A DNA stretch of 64,000 bases from Chitinophagaceae bacterium. GTDB taxonomy: Bacteria; Bacteroidota; Bacteroidia; Chitinophagales; Chitinophagaceae. Shown here piece after piece: positions 55,029-64,000 of this stretch (position 1 is the first letter of the stretch; the number at the start of each line of letters is the position of its first letter). The stretch is from positions 4,712 to 68,711 of the forward strand of contig JBDSBP010000575.1 of assembly GCA_039921525.1 (NCBI GenBank). Direction: 5' to 3'. Both the position numbers and the translations under genes were made by a program. The notes below the pieces were generated by a model, which saw only the letters and a program-made list of their open reading frames with translations, did no database searches and was not told where the DNA came from.

Positions 55029-56321
55029 GTGAATTTTTCCCACATCAAAATATCGAACTATCGCTTTGAAATAAGAGAGTTCCTGATATTATTCTTTGCT
55101 TACTTCTTAATGGAGAATATCTTTTCATGGTTATGCCTGCCGGTATCCATTATACTGCTGGCATATGAAAAGCTGCTCAGTATCGTTATTTATGGATTTA
55201 TGTTATATAGATTCATGCATCTGAAACCGAGCGAGAAAATTTACCTGGGCTTGTTTACGCTGATCTTGATAAGGATGGTTTTTGAATCTATGTATAAGTT
55301 TAATACACCCTTCCAGCAGTTCACTTTATTTACGGTATTGTTTCCCGTGGTGTATACCATTTTTATCAAATACGTGTTTCGTTATTATGATCTGGACATC
55401 CTGGAGTTTGTAGCTAAATTCTATCTTTTCGCCTACATCCTTATCATGTTAATCTATGGCAGAGGATTTTCTTTCAGCCTTGAAAGTGTAGACATGGATG
55501 ATTATGGTCCTTTTTCCGGAGATAGCCGGATTGTGCATGCACGATCCATTTTTACAATGATCATCCCTTTGTTATATTATATGCACAGGTATATCGTAAC
55601 AAAGAAATGGACGTTTCTGATACCCTTCGTTTTTTGTTTTATGGTTATCCTTTTGCATCAACACCGTTCGGTATGGAGCAGTGCTTTGGTGGCCATGTTT
55701 ATTTATTTTCTTTCAAGTTTTAACACAGGCAAACTAAAGGCCACGCGATTTAGCAGGCTGGCTATGGGTTCGCTTATAGTTTTGGGTATCTCTATCTTTT
55801 TCCTGATAAACCTGGCGCCCTCTTTTATTGATTTTTTAGTTGACCGGTTTAGTGAAATATTCGACCCTTCACGTGAAGACGGAACCGGTAGTTTTAGGCG
55901 ACTGCAAAGGGATACATACTTTCCTTACTTTCTTCAAAGACCTGTTTTCGGATGGACTTTCGAAGGTTTTAATTTGGTTAACCCGTTGGTAGATTGGTGG
56001 CCGGAAAAAAGCGGGCAGCACTTTCATGAGGGGTATATGGAAATGTTATATTATCATGGCGTTGTTGGATTGCTGTTAAAATATTCCTTTTTGATTTACC
56101 TGGTTGTAAAAGCGTTCAGCAAAAAATTATCTGAACAAGCGATAATACTAGTGGCATTTGCCATCTCAGGGTTGATATTCTCTCTAAGTTATGTGCTACC
56201 ACTTGTATTCTGGGGTCATGTAGGAATGTGTTTATTCTACCTGGAAAGAGACAATACAGGCATTAAGAAAAATCTTGCGAAACTTAAAGAGAAATTGCCA
56301 TCTGGAAGGATGGCTTTATAA
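55029..56321 (+). CDS. O-antigen polymerase/ligase family protein (Wzy-like)
   Basis: 430 aa, about 10 TM helices, with a large loop carrying HFHEGYMEMLYYHGVVG. GTG start. Confidence 0.7.
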   Translation: MNFSHIKISNYRFEIREFLILFFAYFLMENIFSWLCLPVSIILLAYEKLLSIVIYGFMLYRFMHLKPSEKIYLGLFTLILIRMVFESMYKFNTPFQQFTLFTVLFPVVYTIFIKYVFRYYDLDILEFVAKFYLFAYILIMLIYGRGFSFSLESVDMDDYGPFSGDSRIVHARSIFTMIIPLLYYMHRYIVTKKWTFLIPFVFCFMVILLHQHRSVWSSALVAMFIYFLSSFNTGKLKATRFSRLAMGSLIVLGISIFFLINLAPSFIDFLVDRFSEIFDPSREDGTGSFRRLQRDTYFPYFLQRPVFGWTFEGFNLVNPLVDWWPEKSGQHFHEGYMEMLYYHGVVGLLLKYSFLIYLVVKAFSKKLSEQAIILVAFAISGLIFSLSYVLPLVFWGHVGMCLFYLERDNTGIKKNLAKLKEKLPSGRMAL

Positions 56322-56379
56322 AAGGCCCCGAACATTAATTTCTAAAACAGCTTTTGCTCATTAATATCAGATCATAATT

Positions 56380-57228
56380 ATGAAAATTGCAGTGCTTTTG
56401 GCTACTTACAACAGGAAGGATAAAACGTTGAGCTGTCTGGAAAACCTGTTAAAGCAGGAAAACCTGGCTGATACACACCTGGAAATATTTCTTACAGATG
56501 ATGCTTCTTCAGATGGAACAGCGGTTGCGGTAAAAACCAGCTTCCCTTCTGTGAACATCTTTAATGGAACAGGTTCACTTTTCTGGGCTGGTGGAATGCG
56601 CAACTCCTGGAAGAAGGCCTTAGGTTCCGATCCTGATTATTTTTTGCTGTTGAATGACGACACCATATTAACAAAAACTGCCATTGCAGATTTATTGAAA
56701 TATAGCAGCATGGATATAACATATACTACTCCGGCAATATGTATCGGCAGCACAGCAGACTGGTATACCGGTGAAATTTCATATGGTGGAAAAAAACTAA
56801 GATCAAAGAAAAATACGAAGAGTGATGTAGTGTTTAGTAAAACCCAGTATGTTGAATGCGACCTGGGAAACGCAAATATTATGTTAGTTCCTAATTCAGT
56901 GGTGAAAAAAATTGGAATGCTATCGGATGCTTTTACACATGTTCTTGCGGACTATGACTATACTTTACGAGCAAAAAAAGCAGGTTTTAAAGTTATGGTG
57001 GCCCCAGGTATTCTTGGTAACTGCCAGGATGATCACGGTAAAAACTGGAAATCGACAAATGTTTCCTTAAAGGAAAGAATCAGGTATCTAAAAAGCCCAA
57101 AGGGATTAGCATATAGTGAATACCTGGGCTTTATTAAAGAACATTTTCCCCGCTATTTGCCGGAAGCTTTTTTTAAATTATGGATGAAGACCTTGTTTCC
57201 CTTTGTTTGGGACACTCTAAAAAAATAG
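56380..57228 (+). CDS. glycosyltransferase family 2
   Basis: ATYNRKDKT and TDDASSDGT motifs, NDD DXD-like motif. Confidence 0.85.
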   Translation: MKIAVLLATYNRKDKTLSCLENLLKQENLADTHLEIFLTDDASSDGTAVAVKTSFPSVNIFNGTGSLFWAGGMRNSWKKALGSDPDYFLLLNDDTILTKTAIADLLKYSSMDITYTTPAICIGSTADWYTGEISYGGKKLRSKKNTKSDVVFSKTQYVECDLGNANIMLVPNSVVKKIGMLSDAFTHVLADYDYTLRAKKAGFKVMVAPGILGNCQDDHGKNWKSTNVSLKERIRYLKSPKGLAYSEYLGFIKEHFPRYLPEAFFKLWMKTLFPFVWDTLKK

Positions 57229-57318
57229 AACTTCTTAACTATAACAGATGCAACAGTACACAATCAGGCTAATCAACGCCATCAACTTTCAATTTTCATT
57301 CTTTAAAACATTCTACAA

Positions 57319-58245
57319 GTGAATAAATCAATCATAATAGCTGTGTTCTGCTACAAAAGAGCCAATAAGTTAAAACTATGTATAGAGGCCTTATTAAAAA
57401 ATCCGGAATGTTCTTCCATGGATATTATCTTTTTCTCTGACGGTTTTAAAGGGGAAAGGGATAAAGCGGGTGTATTAGAAGTAAGAGAATACATTAAATC
57501 CATTACTGGGTTCAGGAAAGTGTATAAACATTTCAGGTCAACCAATTTAAGTACCGGTCCAAATTTCCAGACTGGACTTACATTCCTGAGCGATAATTTT
57601 GAGCAGTTCATCGTAGTAGAAGACGACCTGGTAGTGTCGCCTAACTATTTAAGTTATATGCTGTCCGGCCTTTCTTTTTATAAGGATCAGAAAACTATTT
57701 TTAGCATAACGGGTTTTTGTTTCCCGTTGAGTTTGAATGATTACAATTATGACACGATTATATACAAACGATTTTGTTCCTACGGATGGGCATCCTGGTC
57801 AAACAGAACGAAAGATGTAATATGGGATGCTGATAAATTGGATAATCTAATCAAAACTTCCCCAAATTTTAAAAAGCGCTTAAATGCAGAAGGATTTGAT
57901 TTATTCAGAATGCTGGATAAACAGATTAAGGGCATCATTTCTACCTGGGACATTCAAATGCAGGTTCATGTAGCGGAAAACAGGCTGAAAGTTGTTTACC
58001 CGGTGATATCTAAAGTGGCCAATATCGGATTTGATACAGAATCCACCAATACTTTTGGTATTAATTACCTGAAAACGCCGATGGATATTGGGTTGAACAG
58101 GAAGTTTCATTTTTGTAATGAGAACGTGATAGAAGATGTTCTTGAAAAACAGTTGAAAAAGCCCTACGGTTTGCAGGCCCTGGTTACAAGGAAAATAATA
58201 AACACATTTATCAAGGTAACCGCCCAGGTAAAAAAAGTTGGTTAA
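57319..58245 (+). CDS. GT-A-fold glycosyltransferase (family uncertain)
   Basis: Rossmann-like N-terminus (IIIAVFCYKR) and an EDD motif (FIVVEDDLVVSPNYL). GTG start. Confidence 0.55.
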   Translation: MNKSIIIAVFCYKRANKLKLCIEALLKNPECSSMDIIFFSDGFKGERDKAGVLEVREYIKSITGFRKVYKHFRSTNLSTGPNFQTGLTFLSDNFEQFIVVEDDLVVSPNYLSYMLSGLSFYKDQKTIFSITGFCFPLSLNDYNYDTIIYKRFCSYGWASWSNRTKDVIWDADKLDNLIKTSPNFKKRLNAEGFDLFRMLDKQIKGIISTWDIQMQVHVAENRLKVVYPVISKVANIGFDTESTNTFGINYLKTPMDIGLNRKFHFCNENVIEDVLEKQLKKPYGLQALVTRKIINTFIKVTAQVKKVG

Positions 58246-58571
58246 TTTATTCTTGTTCCTGACAAAAAAGCAACCTTCATTGTTATATGCCCGTTGCATT
58301 TGATCGTATCATCATGCAGCTAAGCGTTCTACATCCACGTATGTAATAGGTGTAGGAAGAATTAAGGTAAAGAGTCTTACAATAGAAAAATTTGTAATAA
58401 CAATATCCAGCCAAACCAAAATTACGTATATAAGAAAAAGAGCTATCCCACTGAGGATAGTTCTACTCTCCCCCTTGCCTTTGAACTTAATTTAATAGAA
58501 CTTTTACTTTCAGGATTTTTATTTTTTGTTTAACAAGCAGTAATAGTTAGTCCATTTTATACACTACAGTA

Positions 58572-59324
58572 ATGAAAAAAGTATACTTGCTTGGCATGTC
58601 TTTAAATACAGGTTCATACAGTGAATTTGTGAACCAGATTATACAGCATGCCGACAGAAAAATAAGTGAATACACATGTCTTGCCAATGTGCATATGCTT
58701 ATCGAAGCGTATATTGACTATAATTTTGCAAGAGTTGTGAATAATGCTAACATAATTACACCTGATGGAAAACCACTGGCATGGGCATTGCGTTTTTTAT
58801 ATGGCATCAGGCAAGAGCGGGCGGCCGGTATGGATCTGTTACCCGATTTACTATATAGGGCATCCGTTCGTAACCTGCCTGTTTATTTTTATGGCGGAAC
58901 AAGGCAGCTTCTGGATAAAACGTTGCAATATATAAATGAACATTATCCTAATCTTGTTGTAGGAGGGTCCTTTAGTCCGCCATTCAGGAAACTTACCGTA
59001 AAGGAAGAAGATCTCATAATTGAAGACATCAACAATTCCGGCGCCCATCTGGTGTTTGTAATATTAGGTTGCCCAAAACAGGAGAAGTGGATGGCCTCGA
59101 TGAAGGGACGCATAAACTCTATGATGGTAGGAGTAGGCGGCGCACTTTCTGTAATGATAGGAAACCAGAGACGGGCTCCAGGATGGATGCAAAATGCCGG
59201 GTTGGAATGGATGTTCCGGTTTTTACAGGAGCCCGTTCGGTTATTTAAACGGTATTCCTACACCAATTCCATATTCTTATACTTGTTGGTGAAAGAATAC
59301 GTGTGGATCAAGTTATTTAAATGA
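58572..59324 (+). CDS. WecB/TagA/CpsF-family glycosyltransferase (GT26)
   Basis: ITPDGKPL, FYGG and GCPKQEKW motifs. Confidence 0.85.
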   Translation: MKKVYLLGMSLNTGSYSEFVNQIIQHADRKISEYTCLANVHMLIEAYIDYNFARVVNNANIITPDGKPLAWALRFLYGIRQERAAGMDLLPDLLYRASVRNLPVYFYGGTRQLLDKTLQYINEHYPNLVVGGSFSPPFRKLTVKEEDLIIEDINNSGAHLVFVILGCPKQEKWMASMKGRINSMMVGVGGALSVMIGNQRRAPGWMQNAGLEWMFRFLQEPVRLFKRYSYTNSIFLYLLVKEYVWIKLFK

Positions 59325-59459
59325 CCCGCAAGGCAGTTTCACGGCAGTCATAAATCGCCTGTTGGCGGGAGCCAGTGATGTTAGATAATTCGATCCCGTC
59401 TCTCATACATCGAGGTTTGTAACAAAAAGCTTAAAAAAAAATAAATAAAAATAATTAGT

Positions 59460-60527
59460 ATGAATTACGTATGTACCTGGTTGTGCGCCGATGAAAAAGG
59501 GGAAGAAAGTATTTTTCCGCAAACAGGGAGGTTATCCTCTTCGCAAAATCATCAGAATATTTACTGGCGCTGTTTGCTTGTTTTTTTCGTTACCAGCAAA
59601 CGATTCAATAAAAACGAAAAACATATTTTGTTTACGAATGTGAAGCAGTTGCCCGTGGTAGACAATCGAAACATCAGTGTTATCCTGCAGGAGCTGGGTG
59701 TAAAAGTAGTTTTCACAGATTTCAAGTATAAAACACCCAAGGGCTTTTTTGGCAAGTTTCAGAATCAATTCTACGAGTTTTCCATTCTAGAATATATTGC
59801 CAGGCATAATACCGAATTGAAAGATCAATACCTGGTATTAGATTCTGATTGTATATTTATTAAACCGGTAAAACCATTATTTGACGAAGCGGCAAAAACA
59901 GGATTTATGTCTTTTGAAGATGATGTAAAACCTGATTATGTGATAAATGGGTTAAGCAGAAATGACCTCAAAGATATTTACGAAGATCTTCTTGGTCATA
60001 AGATCCAGGAAATTCCCACCTATCATTTGGGCGAATTTTTATTGTGCAGTGTTGAAAATATCAAAAAAATTCATGAAGATTTTATGGTATTATGGCCGCA
60101 ATTATTAGAACGTAATAAGCTGGGGAAGAAGAAGTTTAACGAAGAAGCACACACGTTAAGTTACTTGTACTTTAAAAATGGTTTGAAAGCCAGTTCTTCT
60201 ACCTCTTTTATGAAAAGGATATGGACGAATCCATTATTCTACCGTAACGTAAGCCCTTCTGATGTAGATCTCTGCATTTGGCATTTGCCTTCGGAGAAGA
60301 CCTTTGGAATATACAGGTTGTATGATTATGCCTTTAATAAATCAGCTAATTACGGCCTGAACATGAGCAATGAAAAGTATGTTGAAATGGTGCAAAAATC
60401 TTTTGGAATTCCATACCTGCCTGTAATGATGAAAGTTGAATATTACGTGTTAAGTTATTACAGGGCATTGAAAAAAAGAGTTAATATGCTTCCGTTAAAA
60501 TTAAAATTTAGTTCCTTTAATTATTGA
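59460..60527 (+). CDS. hypothetical protein, possibly a GT-A-like transferase
   Basis: YLVLDSDCIF resembles a DXD motif. No confident family. Confidence 0.4.
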   Translation: MNYVCTWLCADEKGEESIFPQTGRLSSSQNHQNIYWRCLLVFFVTSKRFNKNEKHILFTNVKQLPVVDNRNISVILQELGVKVVFTDFKYKTPKGFFGKFQNQFYEFSILEYIARHNTELKDQYLVLDSDCIFIKPVKPLFDEAAKTGFMSFEDDVKPDYVINGLSRNDLKDIYEDLLGHKIQEIPTYHLGEFLLCSVENIKKIHEDFMVLWPQLLERNKLGKKKFNEEAHTLSYLYFKNGLKASSSTSFMKRIWTNPLFYRNVSPSDVDLCIWHLPSEKTFGIYRLYDYAFNKSANYGLNMSNEKYVEMVQKSFGIPYLPVMMKVEYYVLSYYRALKKRVNMLPLKLKFSSFNY

Positions 60528-60725
60528 CCAGGTATCACGCAGTAACAAGTTAACGTATATGGAGTTGGATGGCGCCTGCAGTCCAACTTGATAGTGATAA
60601 TTAAATTCGGAGCTACTATGTGTTCCGAAGATTATTACAGAATGTCACAAGTGAAAGTTCATGGCAATTCCTGCCAACTAACAAGCTCCATAAATTTATA
60701 AGGACAAATAATATAATAAAGTAGT

Positions 60726-61934
60726 ATGAAAGTTTTAATTATCCATAGCTCTTATAAATATAAGGGTGGGGAAGATACGGTTGTTGCCGAAGAGTTGAAG
60801 TTATTACAATCAAATGGTGTTACTGTTGAATTACTGCTATTTAATAATGAGAGCAGTACATTAACCAAGGTTTTACAATTGCCTTTTAATATAAAGTCTT
60901 ATAGCAGAACAATCAAAAAGTTAAACACTTTCCAGCCCGATGTCGTTCATATTCATAACTTGCATTTTGCAGCATCAGCCTCCATCGTTTACGCGATAAA
61001 AAAATACGGTGTTCCTTTTGTAGTAACGCTTCATAATTATAGGTTGTTATGTCCATCGGCCATTCTTTTTAATAGAGGCAAACCATTCCTGGATTCGCTT
61101 AAACAAAATTTTCCCTGGAATGCAGTTAAACAAGGAGTATATAAGGATTCAAAACTGTTAACTTTTTGGATAAGTTTTTCTATGCAAATACATCATTGGA
61201 TGAATACGTGGAAAATGAGTAACCGGTTTATTGTTTTAACCCAGCATGCCAAAGATATTTTTTTGAAATCCAGGGCAAACTTTACGGATGATCAGATTTT
61301 AATAAAGCCAAATTTCTGCTCAATCCCTTCACAGGTAACTTTCAACACTTCTCCCAGCGATTATTTTTTATATGTTGGAAGGCTATCCGAAGAAAAGGGT
61401 ATTAGTTTATTATTGGAAACTTTTGCTGCAAGCAGGTACAAAATTAAAATTGCCGGGGATGGTCCCCTTTTAAATGAAGTTAAATATTATTGTTCTCAGT
61501 TTCCCAATATTGAATATATAGGAGTTTTGGAAAAGAGCAGAATTTTTGATTTGCTCAATAATTGTACAGCGCTTGTTTTTCCATCTATCTGGTATGAAGG
61601 CATGCCACTTACTATTATCGAAGCTTTTGCAAGTGGTGCACCGGTCATTGCCACCAGGCTGGGAGCAATGGAAAGTATGATCAGTAACGGTTATAATGGT
61701 TTACATTTTGAAGTAGGCAATTCAACTGACCTGAAAGCTCAATTGGATAAATGGCAAAATTTTGATTCCGGGCAAAAAGAAGCTTATCGTAAAAATGCCC
61801 GTAAAACATACGAAGAATTCTATACTCCTGAAAGAAATTTCGAGCAGTTGTTATCTATTTATACTGATGTGATCAAAGAAGCAAAAAAACAGCCCACCAA
61901 GAATTTGCTCCAACTGGGACAAGCGGTGCAATAA
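60726..61934 (+). CDS. glycosyltransferase family 4 (GT-B)
   Basis: EGMPLTIIEAFASGAPVIAT (E-x7-E region) and a GRLSEEKG motif. Confidence 0.85.
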   Translation: MKVLIIHSSYKYKGGEDTVVAEELKLLQSNGVTVELLLFNNESSTLTKVLQLPFNIKSYSRTIKKLNTFQPDVVHIHNLHFAASASIVYAIKKYGVPFVVTLHNYRLLCPSAILFNRGKPFLDSLKQNFPWNAVKQGVYKDSKLLTFWISFSMQIHHWMNTWKMSNRFIVLTQHAKDIFLKSRANFTDDQILIKPNFCSIPSQVTFNTSPSDYFLYVGRLSEEKGISLLLETFAASRYKIKIAGDGPLLNEVKYYCSQFPNIEYIGVLEKSRIFDLLNNCTALVFPSIWYEGMPLTIIEAFASGAPVIATRLGAMESMISNGYNGLHFEVGNSTDLKAQLDKWQNFDSGQKEAYRKNARKTYEEFYTPERNFEQLLSIYTDVIKEAKKQPTKNLLQLGQAVQ

Positions 61935-62368
61935 ATTACTCTTTCGATGCCGACCTTTTTGTAAGAATGTAAGTTTCATAATATTGACAGAATTATTGAA
62001 CAAAATATTTATAAGAAAAACTACGATTTACCGGTTACGATAAAAAAACCGGCGACTTACGGTACTATTTTTATAAAAGCAATGGTGTGTCTCTGCCATT
62101 GCTTTATATAGCGGTTAAGCTCCTGCTTTTAACGCTTTTTTGTTTACCCTAATCCTTCCCGGGTAAACTATCTCCCCATTTTTTTTCGTGTTGACTGGAT
62201 TAGAACTAACCTGAGTGTATTGCTTAAGCTTTTAGACTTTGCCTGCCATGTAAACTATAAACTGTTTCGGCCTGGCTGAATCAAAGGAAATTAATATCTT
62301 TAGTACAATAAAATTAAAACGTAAACCCTGCATGTATCAGGTAAAGATGCAATCAACAATTTATTCCC

Positions 62369-62989
62369 ATGCTTACAATAGATGCTTATAACAACTGGGC
62401 CAAAACCTACGATACGGACAATAATAAAACCCGTGATCTTGAAGCCAAGGCAATCAGAACAGTGTTGGGCGAAATCATAGTTGACAATATTATTGAGATT
62501 GGCTGTGGAACAGGAAAGAATACACAATGGCTTGCAAGTAAGTGTCGGCAATTGACGGCGGTTGATTTTTCCAGAGAAATGCTGGAATTAGCCAAAGAAA
62601 AAATAAAAGAAACAAACGTCCAATTTAAGCAGGCGGATATAGCGGTTGCATGGAATATTAAAGAAGCAAGCCTGATTACCTGCAGTTTGGTTTTAGAACA
62701 TATTAAAAATATTTCGTTGGTTTTTGAGCAGGCCGCGATGCACCTCCACCAAGACGGCCTGTTATATATTTGTGAGTTGCATCCTTATAAACAACTACAG
62801 GGAAGCCGCGCCAGGTTTGAGCAGGATGGTAACCTTATGCATCTTGAATATTTCATTCATCATATTTCTGATTTTTTTGAATCAGCTTGGAAAAACAATC
62901 TTATTTGCGAAGATTTGCAGGAATGGTTTGATACAGAAGACCGTGGTCAGACGCCCAGGCTTGTATCCTGTCTTTTCAGGAAAAAATAA
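62369..62989 (+). CDS. class I SAM-dependent methyltransferase
   Basis: Motif I IIEIGCGTGKNT, followed by acidic motif II (AVDFS). Confidence 0.8.
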   Translation: MLTIDAYNNWAKTYDTDNNKTRDLEAKAIRTVLGEIIVDNIIEIGCGTGKNTQWLASKCRQLTAVDFSREMLELAKEKIKETNVQFKQADIAVAWNIKEASLITCSLVLEHIKNISLVFEQAAMHLHQDGLLYICELHPYKQLQGSRARFEQDGNLMHLEYFIHHISDFFESAWKNNLICEDLQEWFDTEDRGQTPRLVSCLFRKK

Positions 62990-63208
62990 TCTTCACACTG
63001 TATTAGAATCAAACAAGCATTGTATCATAAACGAACATTGTCGTAGCCTATCTTTTTTTTAAACGTACAACAATCAATAAGATATAGATCGGGCATTATT
63101 GTAGCTGATTTGAGGAAAAATAGTAAGATATTGATATGGCGGTATTTAAACCTGTGAGGTATATCCCAAAGTCGCATTATCATATTAAATTCCTTAATCA
63201 ACATAACT

Positions 63209-64000
63209 ATGTTCAGAAATTATTTGCTTACAGCCTTTAGAGCCATCCGTCGTAATATTGGCTATACTGTTCTGAATGTTTCAGGCTTAACGTTAAGTAT
63301 TGCCTCCTGCCTTTTAATTTTTGTGATCGTACGTAATGAATTAAGCTAATGATAACTTCCACCTAAAGGCAGGTAGAACGTATCGCGTTACCTTACATGC
63401 ATTGGACTATAAACCCTGCTGTATCCATGGCGGTGGTTCCGGCTATGCGTACCGACTTTCCTGAATTAGAACAGGTATCACAAGTCAGGTATCGTAAGTC
63501 CGGCCTCGTTAAGGTGGGCCAGGAAAGATACAATGAAAAAGGTTTCGCCTTCGCAGATGAAAAATTTGCAGAAATTTTTGATTATGAGTGGCTGGCCGGC
63601 GATCCGAAAATGGCGTTGACCGAACCTAATTCCGTTGTACTAACGGAAAGCATCCCACGAAAATACTTTGGTCATAAGGATGCGACGGAGCAAATTATTA
63701 ATCTTGATAACAGGCTCGACCTTAAAGTAACAGGACTGATAAAAGATGTGCCTGGTAATACTCATCTGCCATTTATCTTCCTGGTATCTTTTGAAACGAT
63801 TAAAAAAGATATGAAGCAGGCTATGAGCAATTTCCATGCAATCTTGGATGGAAGTTTTGCGTATATCGTTATTGCCCTAGTTATTTACATTAAGCATCTT
63901 CAGAAAAAAATACCGGATTTCATTTCCAAAAACTGGGGCAGGGAGATTGCCAAAGAAGCCACGTTGAACCTTCAACCATTCAAAGAGATCCACTTCGATC
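63209..64000 (+). pseudogene. FtsX/MacB-type ABC transporter permease, 5' part, with two +1 frameshifts; runs off the window
   Basis: MFRNYLLTAFRAIRRNIGYTVLNVSGLTLSIASCLLIFVIVRNELS stops at 63347-63349. The expected continuation YDNFH..GRTYRVT is in frame +1. From about 63412 NPAVSMAVVPAMRTDFPELEQV..LQPFKEIHFD is in frame +2, open to the window end. Confidence 0.6.

Noticed and set aside
1-64000. tRNA, rRNA, tmRNA, RNase P or SRP RNA genes
   Set aside because: Scanning the intergenic regions by eye found no T-loop GGTTCGAAT-type motif outside coding sequence. No other hallmark of these RNAs was found either. A covariance-model scan would be needed to be certain.

Overview
The window looks like chromosomal DNA from a Bacteroidota organism, probably Chitinophagaceae or Sphingobacteriia. 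This placement is inferred from gene content (succinyl-type argF', GH3-family gene, UpxY-type NusG paralog, TAnnTTTG -7 boxes), not from any search. Contents, left to right:
- rseP and dxr.
- An eight-gene minus-strand arginine operon (GNAT-argG-argC-argD-argF'-argB-argE-argH). Its carbamoyltransferase carries one in-frame TAA.
- A GH3-family gene, then rplU-rpmA plus an untracked 45-aa histone-H1-like ORF.
- A PolX/PHP protein, and mazG followed by a 1257-aa membrane histidine kinase.
- A cluster of two HisKA_3 kinases and three NarL/LuxR response regulators, including a four-gene module.
- A 1-kb non-coding block of nested palindromes.
- A PIG-L deacetylase, a sodium:solute symporter preceded by two mini-ORFs, and a TonB-dependent-like receptor.
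- An ECF sigma, an anti-sigma protein with a TonB_C domain, DUF2911 and a VWA protein.
- xerD, ykgJ-like, yraN, manA.
- A roughly 15-kb Wzx/Wzy-type polysaccharide locus.
- A frameshifted FtsX/MacB-type permease at the right edge.

No tRNA, rRNA, CRISPR array, transposase or phage gene was seen. The least explained signal is non-coding. About 15 intergenic arrays of tandem heptanucleotides fall into at least four sequence families. Several occur as inverted pairs bracketing short ORF-less cores. Ten genes take their stop codon from such an array. Two other repeat families also recur: a structured element of roughly 160 bp, and a GC-rich palindrome. All protein calls come from motif recognition by eye on the supplied ORF translations; nothing was searched or computed.
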